From Promethearchaeota archaeon (GTDB lineage: Archaea > Asgardarchaeota > Lokiarchaeia > Sigyniarchaeales > Promethearchaeaceae), in assembly GCA_016933055.1 (NCBI GenBank), contig JAFGBS010000032.1, positions 1 through 32,000 on the forward strand: a DNA stretch of 32,000 bases, written 5' to 3'. Positions 10,002-18,890 of the stretch are shown one piece after another. The notes under the pieces were generated by a model. The model did not search any database, was not told where the DNA came from, and saw only the letters and a list, made by a program, of their open reading frames with translations. Position 1 is the stretch's first letter. Each line of letters opens with the position of its first letter. Both the position numbers and the translations under genes were made by a program.

Positions 10002-10988
10002 TTAAGGTTTAGGAAATTCGGAATCGTGAACTTGGATACCATTTTCAGACAGCTTGGATTTCTGTTTTGGGTGTAAAAATTGAGCTAAAATCAGTCCAAT
10101 TATGATTAATATAGTTCCAATTACCATTTTCCAATTGAGAATTTCTCCTAATATCAAAAATCCAAATAGGTAGGAAAATATAGGCATTAAGTACATCAGT
10201 ATAATGACGTCTTGGGATTTTGAATCAGCAAGAGCACTGTACCAAAACTGATATCCTATTCCTATACAGACTATACCAAGCCATGCTAATATAATCCAAT
10301 CAATTTCAGTCAAAATAGTTAAATTATTAGTGAAGTTAGGAAATTTAATAAATGCAAAGGGAACAATAACCACGGATGCAATAGTTTCAACAATTGTTAA
10401 AACGGTAAGACGATCGAATTTCGTCACGATCTCAGCTGAAATAGCTGAGAAACTCCCCCATAACAAAGCAGTTAATAGTGACATCAAATCTCCATATATA
10501 GTGGTTTTATCAATTTTAAATGATCCTGCTGTTGTTAAAATAAAGTATAATCCCGCAAAAGCCACCACTGCACCAAGAAAGATAAAGGGATTAATTTTGT
10601 TCTTATAAATAACTCCCGAGATGAAAAAAACGAAAAAGGTTTGCATTTGGAGGATAATGGATTGATTAATGGAGGTCGTTCCTAATATACCAAAATATTG
10701 CACTATATAAGATGCTCCAAAAGATATCACTCCCAGAAAAATCAATTGCTTCCAATTGGATTTGAATACTGCCGGAATCATTTTTAATTTTTTTTGAACT
10801 ACTAACGAACCCCATAGATATGGAAGACCAAACATTAAGCGTAAAGCGAGGTATGTGAATACATTGAATATTGGGTCTTTATTAACCTCGAGCACAAACT
10901 TGGAGAGAGAGAACGTAGTACTCCAAATTATGATTGCCCCCATTCCAAACCAGAAGGATTTTTTACTCATCATCGATGTATTCTTCAC
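10002..10988 (-). CDS. EamA/DMT family transporter
   Basis: IIIWSTTF start, LALRL, GDLMSLLTALLWG, YLMPIF...ILGE motifs; 10 TM. Confidence 0.9.
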   Translation of the reverse strand: MKNTSMMSKKSFWFGMGAIIIWSTTFSLSKFVLEVNKDPIFNVFTYLALRLMFGLPYLWGSLVVQKKLKMIPAVFKSNWKQLIFLGVISFGASYIVQYFGILGTTSINQSIILQMQTFFVFFISGVIYKNKINPFIFLGAVVAFAGLYFILTTAGSFKIDKTTIYGDLMSLLTALLWGSFSAISAEIVTKFDRLTVLTIVETIASVVIVPFAFIKFPNFTNNLTILTEIDWIILAWLGIVCIGIGYQFWYSALADSKSQDVIILMYLMPIFSYLFGFLILGEILNWKMVIGTILIIIGLILAQFLHPKQKSKLSENGIQVHDSEFPKP

Positions 10989-11257
10989 CCATTCAATCCG
11001 TAGTTCTGCAATTCAGTGTTATGCATAAGGAATCCAACAATTCATTTTTCCATAACAATGGATAAACCTTGAATCTGAAAAAGTTGGTGCTTTCGTCTGA
11101 AAAAAAAAAGATGTTCTAGTGAAAAACCAGAATCATGAAAAATGGTGCTATGATTCACAGGGTCTTCCATCTTTTTTGGGAAGGACTTAAATAGAATAAT
11201 AAAGGTACAGTCAGATCTCTAGTAATGAAACTAGGGGAAAAAAATATGTGATAAAAA

Positions 11258-11602
11258 ATGGCTAAATCTAGATCAATCACCCAGATTCTAGCATTAATTG
11301 GAGGTATAATCATCGTTATTGATGGTATACTTACTCTGCTAGGATTCTTTGGAATTTATATACCCGGTTTACCTGGATGGGGCTGGTTTGTATGGCTTCC
11401 CAATTGGATCAATGCAATAATTTTAATTGTAGTGGGGCTATTAGTGTTATTCTCAGTAGATCTAATACAAGGATTAAGGATTCCATATAACGGTGTCTGG
11501 CTTTTAATTTTGGGAATTGCAGGAATAATTTTTGGAGGATACTTCTTAGGTGGAGCACTAGTAATTATTGCAGCGATTCTGTGGTTTTTAGGTAAAAAAT
11601 AA
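11258..11602 (+). CDS. Small Gly-rich membrane protein
   Basis: 114-aa ORF with about 4 TM helices, ATG start and basic termini. Confidence 0.7.
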   Translation: MAKSRSITQILALIGGIIIVIDGILTLLGFFGIYIPGLPGWGWFVWLPNWINAIILIVVGLLVLFSVDLIQGLRIPYNGVWLLILGIAGIIFGGYFLGGALVIIAAILWFLGKK

Positions 11603-11719
11603 AAATCTTTTTTCTTTTTTTCTATAGTGTTTTGAATTGTTCCCTTGCATATTCTTCCTTTTTCTCTATATGGCACACGTATAGTCAAATGGATGGTATA
11701 TGGGTAGGACAATGTCTAA

Positions 11720-11990
11720 TAGTTCCCAAAACTATTAAAAAGGAAGCTGAATGTTAATGTGATGATAAGCTAAATTACGGCTTGTTTATGAATGTGGTAA
11801 TAGATGAAACACACGGCTGCAAACCTTAACTCTGGGATATGCCCAAATCCTAGAACTCTTTTTATCAATGCAGCTGTGATTATGTCCTTGTAATTCAAAG
11901 CTTATCTTTCCGCTGAATTTAGTATGTTGCAGCCGTTTAAACGAGTTCTTGGGAAAGAATAAGTCACAATTTCAATTAAAATACATTATA
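11720..11990 (-). pseudogene. Possible decayed CPBP/Abi (CAAX protease-like) gene remnant
   Basis: Manual translation with one frameshift and several stops gives QELV-(fs)-GCNILNSAER*...ITAALIKRVLGFGHI...FAAVCFIYY, resembling EELxFRG..IL....../FG..H. The match is weak. Confidence 0.3.
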
Positions 11991-12401
11991 TAATAAAATA
12001 AAAGTAGAGAATGTTGCACTGTCAATTTAGTTCAATTAAATATTGGAATGTTTTTCATTCCTTGACCCAGCGGATAATAGGTTTATCACATTATTGCTGA
12101 TTAGATAGATTTAAATAGAACTATCACCGTCTTTATTACATTAAAAAAATACGCGAATTGAACTGCACATGATAATCATCACTCAAAATTATTCTCTCAT
12201 GCCACCCACAGTGGAAGGAATCAATATTAGTGCAGTTCCATTTTTTGTATGGTATTGCTGCCTTGATTGTTAGAATTCGGATTCATATATTCAATTCATG
12301 GCCTTATCTTCTTAGTATGCGACTTTGATGCGAAAAAGATCAGATTTCAGGAGTTAAACTCTCCTCGCATGCTTAAAAAACTAAAAAAAAGTGAGCTATT
12401 C

Positions 12402-13652
12402 ATGGCGGAACCAATTATCGGAAAGGTGAAGGACCACCACCAAACAGAAGTGGTAAATTCTCAGAGCAGTCAAAAAGCTAAATTTGGTAGAAATGTGACC
12501 TTGTTTTATATCATTCAGTTTCTTTCAGGTTTACATTTCATAAGTGGCGTTCTCTTACCATTTTTCATAGAATGGGGCGGAATCAGTTTTAGTCAAGTAA
12601 TGTTTCTCCAAGCGATATTCCTCGGAGCAGCTTTTCTACTTGAAGTACCCACCGGCACAATTGCGGACTTTTTTGGTCGAAAGCACTCCATGATGTTGGG
12701 ATTTATTGTCACATTTATCGGTGCATTGATCTACTCTAGTGTCCCGAAATTTTGGATCTTCGTAATAGCGGAGAGTTTATGGGCACTTGGAGTAGCATTA
12801 CTAAGTGGTGCACAGGATGCGTTTTTATATGATACTCTAAAAGAAATAAACCGAGAACAAGATAGTAAAAAAGTGTTCGGTAGGACAAGGAGCATCTCAT
12901 TAGTAGGCATTCTTATAGCAGCTCCTATAGGATCCCTTATCGCATCCACATTGGGATTACGTTATACTATGATGCTAATGACAGTTCCTCTTGGAAGTGC
13001 AGCCTTATTATGTTTGTTTTTAAAAGAACCCGATATCCACAGAATTGAGCAGAAACAAAAATATTTCCAGATCATCAAAAATGGATTTATCCACATACAT
13101 ACATCCCGAACAATCAAGATCCTGGCAGTAGATTTACTCGTGACATCTATACTAGCATATTTTGTAATTTGGACAAACCAGCAAAGGTTGATCAACATAG
13201 GAATCGATGGATCATACTTGGGTTACATCAACATGATTTGGCTTGCGGTGGAGATATTGGTGTCAAACTCATTCGTCACCCTAGAAAAAGTACTGAAATC
13301 TAAAAAATCTGTGGTGTTTTTTACCACATTTTTTACGGGAATAGGATTTATACTGATGTCAATTACTCAAAATGTTTCCATTGTGGTCTTTGGGATTATG
13401 TTAGCCGCGGGATTTGGTTTAGGACGCTGGGTCTTAATGATTCACTATTTAAATAAACACATTCCCTCAGAACAACGAGCAATGATCATATCTACAATTG
13501 TGATGTTTAAGCAACTTGCACACGTAATGATAAATCCACTAGTTGGTTTTTTAGTTGAATGGAATTTAGTAATTGTTCTCCTCATACTAGGAGGTCTTTT
13601 GATAGTATGGAGCATTATAAGTCCAGTTAAAGAATCCCATTTGGTAGATTAA
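12402..13652 (+). CDS. MFS transporter
   Basis: EVPTGTIADFFGRK (motif A) and 12-TM pattern. ATG at 12402 (MAEPII) is preferred over TTG at 12267. Confidence 0.9.
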   Translation: MAEPIIGKVKDHHQTEVVNSQSSQKAKFGRNVTLFYIIQFLSGLHFISGVLLPFFIEWGGISFSQVMFLQAIFLGAAFLLEVPTGTIADFFGRKHSMMLGFIVTFIGALIYSSVPKFWIFVIAESLWALGVALLSGAQDAFLYDTLKEINREQDSKKVFGRTRSISLVGILIAAPIGSLIASTLGLRYTMMLMTVPLGSAALLCLFLKEPDIHRIEQKQKYFQIIKNGFIHIHTSRTIKILAVDLLVTSILAYFVIWTNQQRLINIGIDGSYLGYINMIWLAVEILVSNSFVTLEKVLKSKKSVVFFTTFFTGIGFILMSITQNVSIVVFGIMLAAGFGLGRWVLMIHYLNKHIPSEQRAMIISTIVMFKQLAHVMINPLVGFLVEWNLVIVLLILGGLLIVWSIISPVKESHLVD

Positions 13653-13711
13653 CACTTAAACATATCTTTTTTTTAATACGAGATTAAATATCCAGTTGGA
13701 AAAGGAAAGGG

Positions 13712-14950
13712 ATGGCGAATCTCACTTTAGAACTATGGCGTTCTTCCAAGCGGAATCGGAAATATGCAAGAAATATTTGGCTATTATATGGGATATCATT
13801 TTTTAACGGAATGCATTTCGTTTATGCATTGCTAATTCCCTATTTTGTGGATTGGGGTGGCATAACATTTCCCCAGATCATGAATCTGCAAAGTATCTAT
13901 ATGATCACTATTTTTCTGACAGAAATTCCTCTTGGAGTAGTATCCGATTGCGTTTCTAGAAAACTCTCACTTTCATTAGGATTTTTAATAACCATTGCAG
14001 CAATTTTATTCTATTCCGCTATTCCCCGTTTTTTCTTGTTTGTGATTGCCGAAATCCTCTGGGCTTGTGCTACTAGTTTAATTTCGGGAGCAGATCGCGC
14101 CTTAATGTATGATTCTTTGATAAAATTGACTTGGAAAAATAAAGAAAGAAATAGTTCCAATTCCGTTTCTGTCTTTGGTAAATATACTAGTTTTAATCTT
14201 ATAGGTTTTCTAATTTCAGCCCCGATCGGTACCATAATCTCAATATATATGGGATTACGGGCAACTATGATGTTTATGATAATTCCCGCGGGAATTGCAT
14301 TCATTAGTACGTTATTTCTAATTGAACCGGTCAAGTTAAAAGATAGAATGACAAAACCGTATTTGAAATTGATATTTTCAGGTTTTCAATCAATTTGGAA
14401 AAATACAGGATTCCGGACTCTTGTCTTGGATGATTTGATAGTAATTTGTCTGTGTAATCATGTGGGCTTCAGCTACCAGCAAAAGCTAAGAATTCTTGGG
14501 ATCAGTGATAGTAATTTTGGTTGGATTTTCATGATTTACATCATTTTTACTATAGTAGGTTCGAATATACACACTCCTCTGGTAAAAAAATTTCACAACA
14601 GAAGAAAAATACTGTTCTTTACGACACTCGGAGCAGGAATGGGTTTGATTATTTTGTTTCTTAGTAATACGCTCCTCTGGATGATAATTGGTATGATTTT
14701 AGTTGCAACTTTTGGAATTACCTATGCAACAGTAAGAATGGGATATTACCAATCTTACATCTCATCTGATCAGCGTTCCACGATCATTTCTACTATTAAT
14801 ATGATTCGACTACTTTGGTTAAGTGGAATTAATATATTAGTGGGATTTTTGTCCAAAATTGATTTATCTTTAGTTTTTATAATCTTTGGTGGTGTTTTAA
14901 GCATATGGGCATTTATTTCACCAATAAAGGAAGAGTATTTGAAAAATTAG
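13712..14950 (+). CDS. MFS transporter, tandem paralog of 12402-13652
   Basis: Colinear similarity with the upstream gene (FxDWGGItFxQxMxLQ, EIPxGxxxD, SGAxxAxxYDxL, QRxxIISTI, SPxKE). Confidence 0.9.
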   Translation: MANLTLELWRSSKRNRKYARNIWLLYGISFFNGMHFVYALLIPYFVDWGGITFPQIMNLQSIYMITIFLTEIPLGVVSDCVSRKLSLSLGFLITIAAILFYSAIPRFFLFVIAEILWACATSLISGADRALMYDSLIKLTWKNKERNSSNSVSVFGKYTSFNLIGFLISAPIGTIISIYMGLRATMMFMIIPAGIAFISTLFLIEPVKLKDRMTKPYLKLIFSGFQSIWKNTGFRTLVLDDLIVICLCNHVGFSYQQKLRILGISDSNFGWIFMIYIIFTIVGSNIHTPLVKKFHNRRKILFFTTLGAGMGLIILFLSNTLLWMIIGMILVATFGITYATVRMGYYQSYISSDQRSTIISTINMIRLLWLSGINILVGFLSKIDLSLVFIIFGGVLSIWAFISPIKEEYLKN

Positions 14951-14974
14951 GTAGTGTAGCATGCAAGAGTAGTT

Positions 14975-15595
14975 TCAAATTTTCCTTGCATAAATCCAAT
15001 ATTGCTGTTCTCCCCCACGAATCAGAGCACCTTCAAATAAAATTTGCAGTCCCGCATCTTGAACCAATTTTAGGGTTTTTTTAGGAGAATGGTTACTCCA
15101 AAACATTGGTGAGCCGAAAAAGTTACTAAATCCTTCGGAACCAGAGGTTCCGGAATTGATCAGTAGAGTACCACCCGATTTTAATATTCGAGTAAATTTC
15201 TTGAAGACTTCCCCGTGAAATCTTCTTGGAATATGGAATAGAGTAAATACGGAAATTATCCCATCAAAGTATTTTTCAGGAAATACTGTATCAACATCAA
15301 GAATATTCATCTTTCTCAGTTCAGCTTCAGGCACATTCTTTTTTGCTAATTTCAGCATAGTATCACTAATATCGATACCAATCACTTGCATACCTGCATC
15401 TAGGAAATATCGAGACGAAGGTACCCCACTTCCAACTCCCGCATCAAGGATTTTGCCTTTTTCCGGTAAATATTCCACAAATTTCTGTAACAAATCATTA
15501 AATTTATCCGTAATCCGCCAATCTTCATAATTCTCCGCCATCACATTATAAGAATTAGCAACTATATTCATTATTTCGTATTCGCTCATTTTCAT
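14975..15595 (-). CDS. Class I SAM-dependent methyltransferase
   Basis: ILDAGVGSG, GIDISDTML, FDGIIS-FTLFHIP, LKSGG motifs. ATG at 15595 or 15589. Confidence 0.9.
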   Translation of the reverse strand: MKMSEYEIMNIVANSYNVMAENYEDWRITDKFNDLLQKFVEYLPEKGKILDAGVGSGVPSSRYFLDAGMQVIGIDISDTMLKLAKKNVPEAELRKMNILDVDTVFPEKYFDGIISVFTLFHIPRRFHGEVFKKFTRILKSGGTLLINSGTSGSEGFSNFFGSPMFWSNHSPKKTLKLVQDAGLQILFEGALIRGGEQQYWIYARKI

Positions 15596-15736
15596 TATTA
15601 CGGACAAGGACAACAAAAACATAATAGTTCGGACTTCGAAAAATAACCATAGGTGTTAGTCCAACTTAATTTTATTAATTTACACACATCGGGAATCTAT
15701 AAAATAAAAAAAAATTTAGAATTTTGGTAATTCTAT

Positions 15737-16972
15737 TTAAGTTTCAAGTTGAATTTCTTCAAGGGTTTTGCCTTTGGGTTCATATTTGAGGATTAAAAGT
15801 GCAATCAATGGAAGTAAGGCAATAGCTGCTGCAATGAGATAATTCAACCGGTATGCCGAGAGTGCTTCGGGAGTAGCTGCTGCAGGTACAATTAATGCTG
15901 TGAGAATTGGTCCCACCACATATCCTACTCGAGATAAAGTTAAAGAGAACCCAACAGCAGTTGCTCGTATTTTAGTTTCAAACATTTCGGAGATATACAC
16001 TAATAAAAAGCCCAAGAACATACTCATAAAGAAATATACGAACACTAAGAATCCTAATCCAAAAACTGCCATAAATACATAACTAATCGCTGCTCCTGCA
16101 CTACTGAACAGGAAAGAGCCTATTCTTCCTATTTTATCCAAGACAAATCCAACCGTTAATGCACCTAGTATCGTCGAAAGCCCTGCAAAGGTGTAAATAG
16201 TATCAAATTTCTCAGGATCGAATTCTAGAACTTGTAAGTAGAAAATTTGCACTGTACCTGTGGCCATCTTAAATGCAACATTCCAACAAATGTAGATCAA
16301 ACCAGTTACTAAGACATAACCCCATTCTTTTGCTTTAAATGTCGTTAAACTACGCCAAAAATCCCCAATTGAGCGCTTATATTCATCTCGGTGAGTTCTC
16401 CAGCGATGAGTCTCTTTCATGGGGATCCATAATAATATTAGAACCAATCCAAAAATTCCCATGAATCCATAACTCCATTGCCACCCAAAACTGTCTATTA
16501 TTTTTGGACCCAATAGAGCATATAGTGGAATTAGTCCGATTAAAAATGCTAGACTCCCGTTTCTTCCTCGTCTATGCGCAGGACTTTCCTCAGCAACAGG
16601 GATTGTCCACATATTCACATTAGTTGCGAGAATTACTATAGCATAAAGCACCATGAATAACCACAAATTCAATGTACCTAGTAGACCAATAAGTACTGCA
16701 GCACCACCCATCAAAATCAGTAAAATTAAGATTCCAATCTTTCTACCCCATGCATCTGCGAAATACGAGATCACAAATACAAGGAAAGCTACTGCTCCAA
16801 AAATTCCTTGGAGGTAAAAGAAATAATTGTCTGCGATTCCAAAATGGGCTATAATCTCTGGTATCGCATTAGTTTCGATTAAACTAAGGTATTGATCAAC
16901 CAAAGCAACCAAACCCATTAGCACAACCAAATAAAAAATATACCCTCTGGATCTAACACGTTCTTCCGACAT
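15737..16972 (-). CDS. MFS transporter (sugar-porter/SV2-like motifs)
   Basis: ADAWGRK, AEESPAHRRG, DKIGR, SEMFETKIRATAVG and C-terminal EPKGKTLEEI. Confidence 0.9.
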   Translation of the reverse strand: MSEERVRSRGYIFYLVVLMGLVALVDQYLSLIETNAIPEIIAHFGIADNYFFYLQGIFGAVAFLVFVISYFADAWGRKIGILILLILMGGAAVLIGLLGTLNLWLFMVLYAIVILATNVNMWTIPVAEESPAHRRGRNGSLAFLIGLIPLYALLGPKIIDSFGWQWSYGFMGIFGLVLILLWIPMKETHRWRTHRDEYKRSIGDFWRSLTTFKAKEWGYVLVTGLIYICWNVAFKMATGTVQIFYLQVLEFDPEKFDTIYTFAGLSTILGALTVGFVLDKIGRIGSFLFSSAGAAISYVFMAVFGLGFLVFVYFFMSMFLGFLLVYISEMFETKIRATAVGFSLTLSRVGYVVGPILTALIVPAAATPEALSAYRLNYLIAAAIALLPLIALLILKYEPKGKTLEEIQLET

Positions 16973-17092
16973 GATGTATCACATCTCTTCGTATATAGAC
17001 TTTAGAGTATAAAATACTATCTCGTTCCCCCGAATGAATGCAATGGGGATGAAAAATAGGGACTTAGTTTTCACTACATATAATGAGATTTT

Positions 17093-17119
17093 CAACTTTT
17101 TGATTAGTCAACATCTATC
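17093..17119. repeat. Site L: degenerate arm + TTAG + perfect arm
   Basis: caacttttTGA-TTAG-TCAACATCTAT(C), read directly from the sequence. Confidence 0.8.
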
Positions 17120-17465
17120 CCGTGATGTCTAAAAATTTTTCATTAGGTGTACAGAGGGTATATAGTACGAACTTCTGTTAATTTGGTACTGATATAGATG
17201 CCTCATGCTACGCATTCGGCTTTTGTTTTAGATCGGCTACCCTCCCAAGAGTCCGCACCAAGGACTAACCTATTCTACATCTGATCGGGGTATTTAAATG
17301 AACCAAGATGTGTTACAAATCGTGTTACTTATCCATCGCTTCGCTTGGATAGGCTTGCCTATCCATCCTAATGTAAAATCACATTTTGATTCCGATTTAT
17401 ACGTACCACGCTATTCTATGATGGTTTTAAGTAAATGGGTTAGTATATTGCACAGAAATACCCAC

Positions 17466-17491
17466 ATAGATGTTGATTAGTCAAATTTGTT
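17466..17491. repeat. Site M: perfect arm + TTAG + degenerate arm
   Basis: ATAGATGTTGA-TTAG-TCAAatttgtt, read directly from the sequence. Confidence 0.8.
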
Positions 17492-17511
17492 ACTATGGCA
17501 TTCTATCATCA

Positions 17512-17572
17512 AACTACGCTGAAAGCCTATTCCGTTATCCTACAAATGATTTCATAGGTTTTTTGCGTAGTT
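17512..17572 (+). other. Long stem-loop (19-bp stem, 23-nt loop)
   Basis: AACTACGCTGAAAGCCTAT pairs with ATAGGTTTTTTGCGTAGTT: 16 Watson-Crick pairs, 2 G-U and 1 U-U on the + strand. Confidence 0.55.
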
Positions 17573-17717
17573 ACGTCTAAAATCCATGAAATGCGTATAT
17601 TGAGTAACTCATAGGGTGGTTTGACAGTTATCCCAATTTCATAACGTAGATGTGTGGTAAACATTTGTATAGGCAATTACTTGCACGACCCTGCCTTAAT
17701 AAGCGTTTAAATGGCTA

Positions 17718-17744
17718 GATAGATGTTGACTAAATAAAATCTGG
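17718..17744. repeat. Site R: perfect arm + CTAA (inverted core) + degenerate arm
   Basis: (G)ATAGATGTTGA-CTAA-ataaaatctgg, read directly from the sequence. Confidence 0.8.
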
Positions 17745-17826
17745 GAATTAAAAAAACCAATTCTTATATTTACCTTAATCCTGATGGAAAATTTTGTTTA
17801 CTGTGAGTGTGAAAAAGAAGAACAGA

Positions 17827-18351
17827 TTATTCTTCATCACCTGTATCAGTTTCTACGATTTCTTTGATCTTAAAACGATTCACTAATTCCTTTTTACTTT
17901 TTCCATTTGATGCTAGTATAACCAGTCCCTCGTGATCTTGTATCCTTTCTAATATCCATGCAGTATCAGCATTCTCATACCTATCATGAGCGTCTTCAAT
18001 TTCCGTTCGTTTTCCAAATAGAGCATCCGCTTCATCAAATAATAGAATCCAATCTTTTCGTTCAGCTTTTGAAAATGCTTTTTTTAAACTTTTCTCGGTT
18101 TGTCCAACATATTTACTGATAACAGTAGCTAAATCTATTCGACAAAAGGGTGAACGGAGTCGGTTCTCCAAATAGGCTATGCCCTTCTCCCGTTTTGAAG
18201 GCGTACCCACAAGAAGAATACGTTTGGGAATAGTTTCTTTTTGTAGAATCGTGTTTATTTTTGCTTTTAGACTAGAGCTAGGGGTGTGTTTTTGGTGAAG
18301 TTTGCGGTTATTCGTTGATCGTATTCTCTCTGCAAATTTTCTGGATTTCAT
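17827..18351 (-). CDS. Stand-alone AAA-domain protein with degenerate Walker A (related to the eCIS/Afp15-type AAA C-terminal domain)
   Basis: RIDLATVISKYVGQTEKSL, WILLFDEADALFGKRTEIEDAHDRY and GLVILASN are retained. The Walker A position reads GTPSKREK. ATG at 18351 (TTG at 18369 is the alternative). Confidence 0.75.
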   Translation of the reverse strand: MKSRKFAERIRSTNNRKLHQKHTPSSSLKAKINTILQKETIPKRILLVGTPSKREKGIAYLENRLRSPFCRIDLATVISKYVGQTEKSLKKAFSKAERKDWILLFDEADALFGKRTEIEDAHDRYENADTAWILERIQDHEGLVILASNGKSKKELVNRFKIKEIVETDTGDEE

Positions 18352-18413
18352 ATTATCAGATTTCCCCAAGGCAATTTAAATTTCAGCAATAATATGCTAT
18401 TAAATACTCAAAG

Positions 18414-18890
18414 ATGCCAATTTTCTTCAACAAAGGCATGAAATAGTCTCAGGACCTTTGGAAGCGCTGCTGGGAAAAACCTAGATGACCAGAACAAGAT
18501 GCTTCATCGGTTAATGCTCAAAATAGAAGTTTGTATTTATCCGAAAATGGAACAAAATTAATGAATACTCCTCAAAATATCTGGTGTATACCAACAGTAG
18601 AGGATCTTGTACTATCTCAGTGTTTATATGGAGTACAAGTTGGGGGAATAAGGGATTACGAACCCCACTCAGCGTATTACGAAAACACATCTGATATAGA
18701 AACCCCCTTATTGGATCCACATTTAAAAGTGATCTATTAATGGACCGGAACAGAGGTATCCACATCCTTAGCTTATATGATCACCTATAGCAGTAAAGTT
18801 TATGAGAGAGACAAACGAAATGCGTATCATTATTTGAGTTTTCGAGCAGTAAAAGCCTATAATTACATTTATTCCGATCTAAAAAATTAG
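18414..18890 (+). pseudogene. DUF1566/Lcl-like (CLec-fold) gene remnant with three in-frame stops
   Basis: One frame reads MPIFFNKGMK*SQDLWKRCWEKPR*PEQ...IWCIPTVEDL...VIY*WTGTEVSTSLAYMITY...YLSFRAVK, matching the family pattern LMWxRC / WRLPTxEEL / YWSST / YVRAVR. Stops are at 18444 (TAG), 18486 (TGA) and 18738 (TAA). Confidence 0.6.

Larger units (their letters stand above)
17104..17733. mobile_element. Non-autonomous (MITE-like) or invertible element bounded by 16-bp perfect inverted repeats, with a third internal site
   Basis: TTAGTCAACATCTATC (17104-17119) is the exact reverse complement of GATAGATGTTGACTAA (17718-17733). A third copy, ATAGATGTTGATTAGTCAA, lies at 17466-17484. No transposase or recombinase ORF is inside. 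Confidence 0.55.

Noticed and set aside
11759-11765. Perfect box C (GTGATGA) suggesting a C/D sRNA
   Set aside because: No CTGA box D at a suitable distance; the next one is about 150 nt downstream.
12267-12401. Long N-terminal extension of the first MFS from TTG 12267
   Set aside because: ATG 12402 gives a normal-length MFS comparable to its tandem paralog; the upstream stretch looks like open frame by chance.
17104-17733. CRISPR array or integron
   Set aside because: Only three sites, with spacing of 373 and 253 bp and mixed orientation; no cas or integrase gene, and no attC-type RYYYAAC/GTTRRRY ends.
18444-18740. Stop-codon recoding of the DUF1566-like frame
   Set aside because: Three different stop codons interrupt the frame and other genes use all three as terminators, so decay is the simpler explanation. 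The TAA is also not what DGR mutagenesis of AAY codons would produce.
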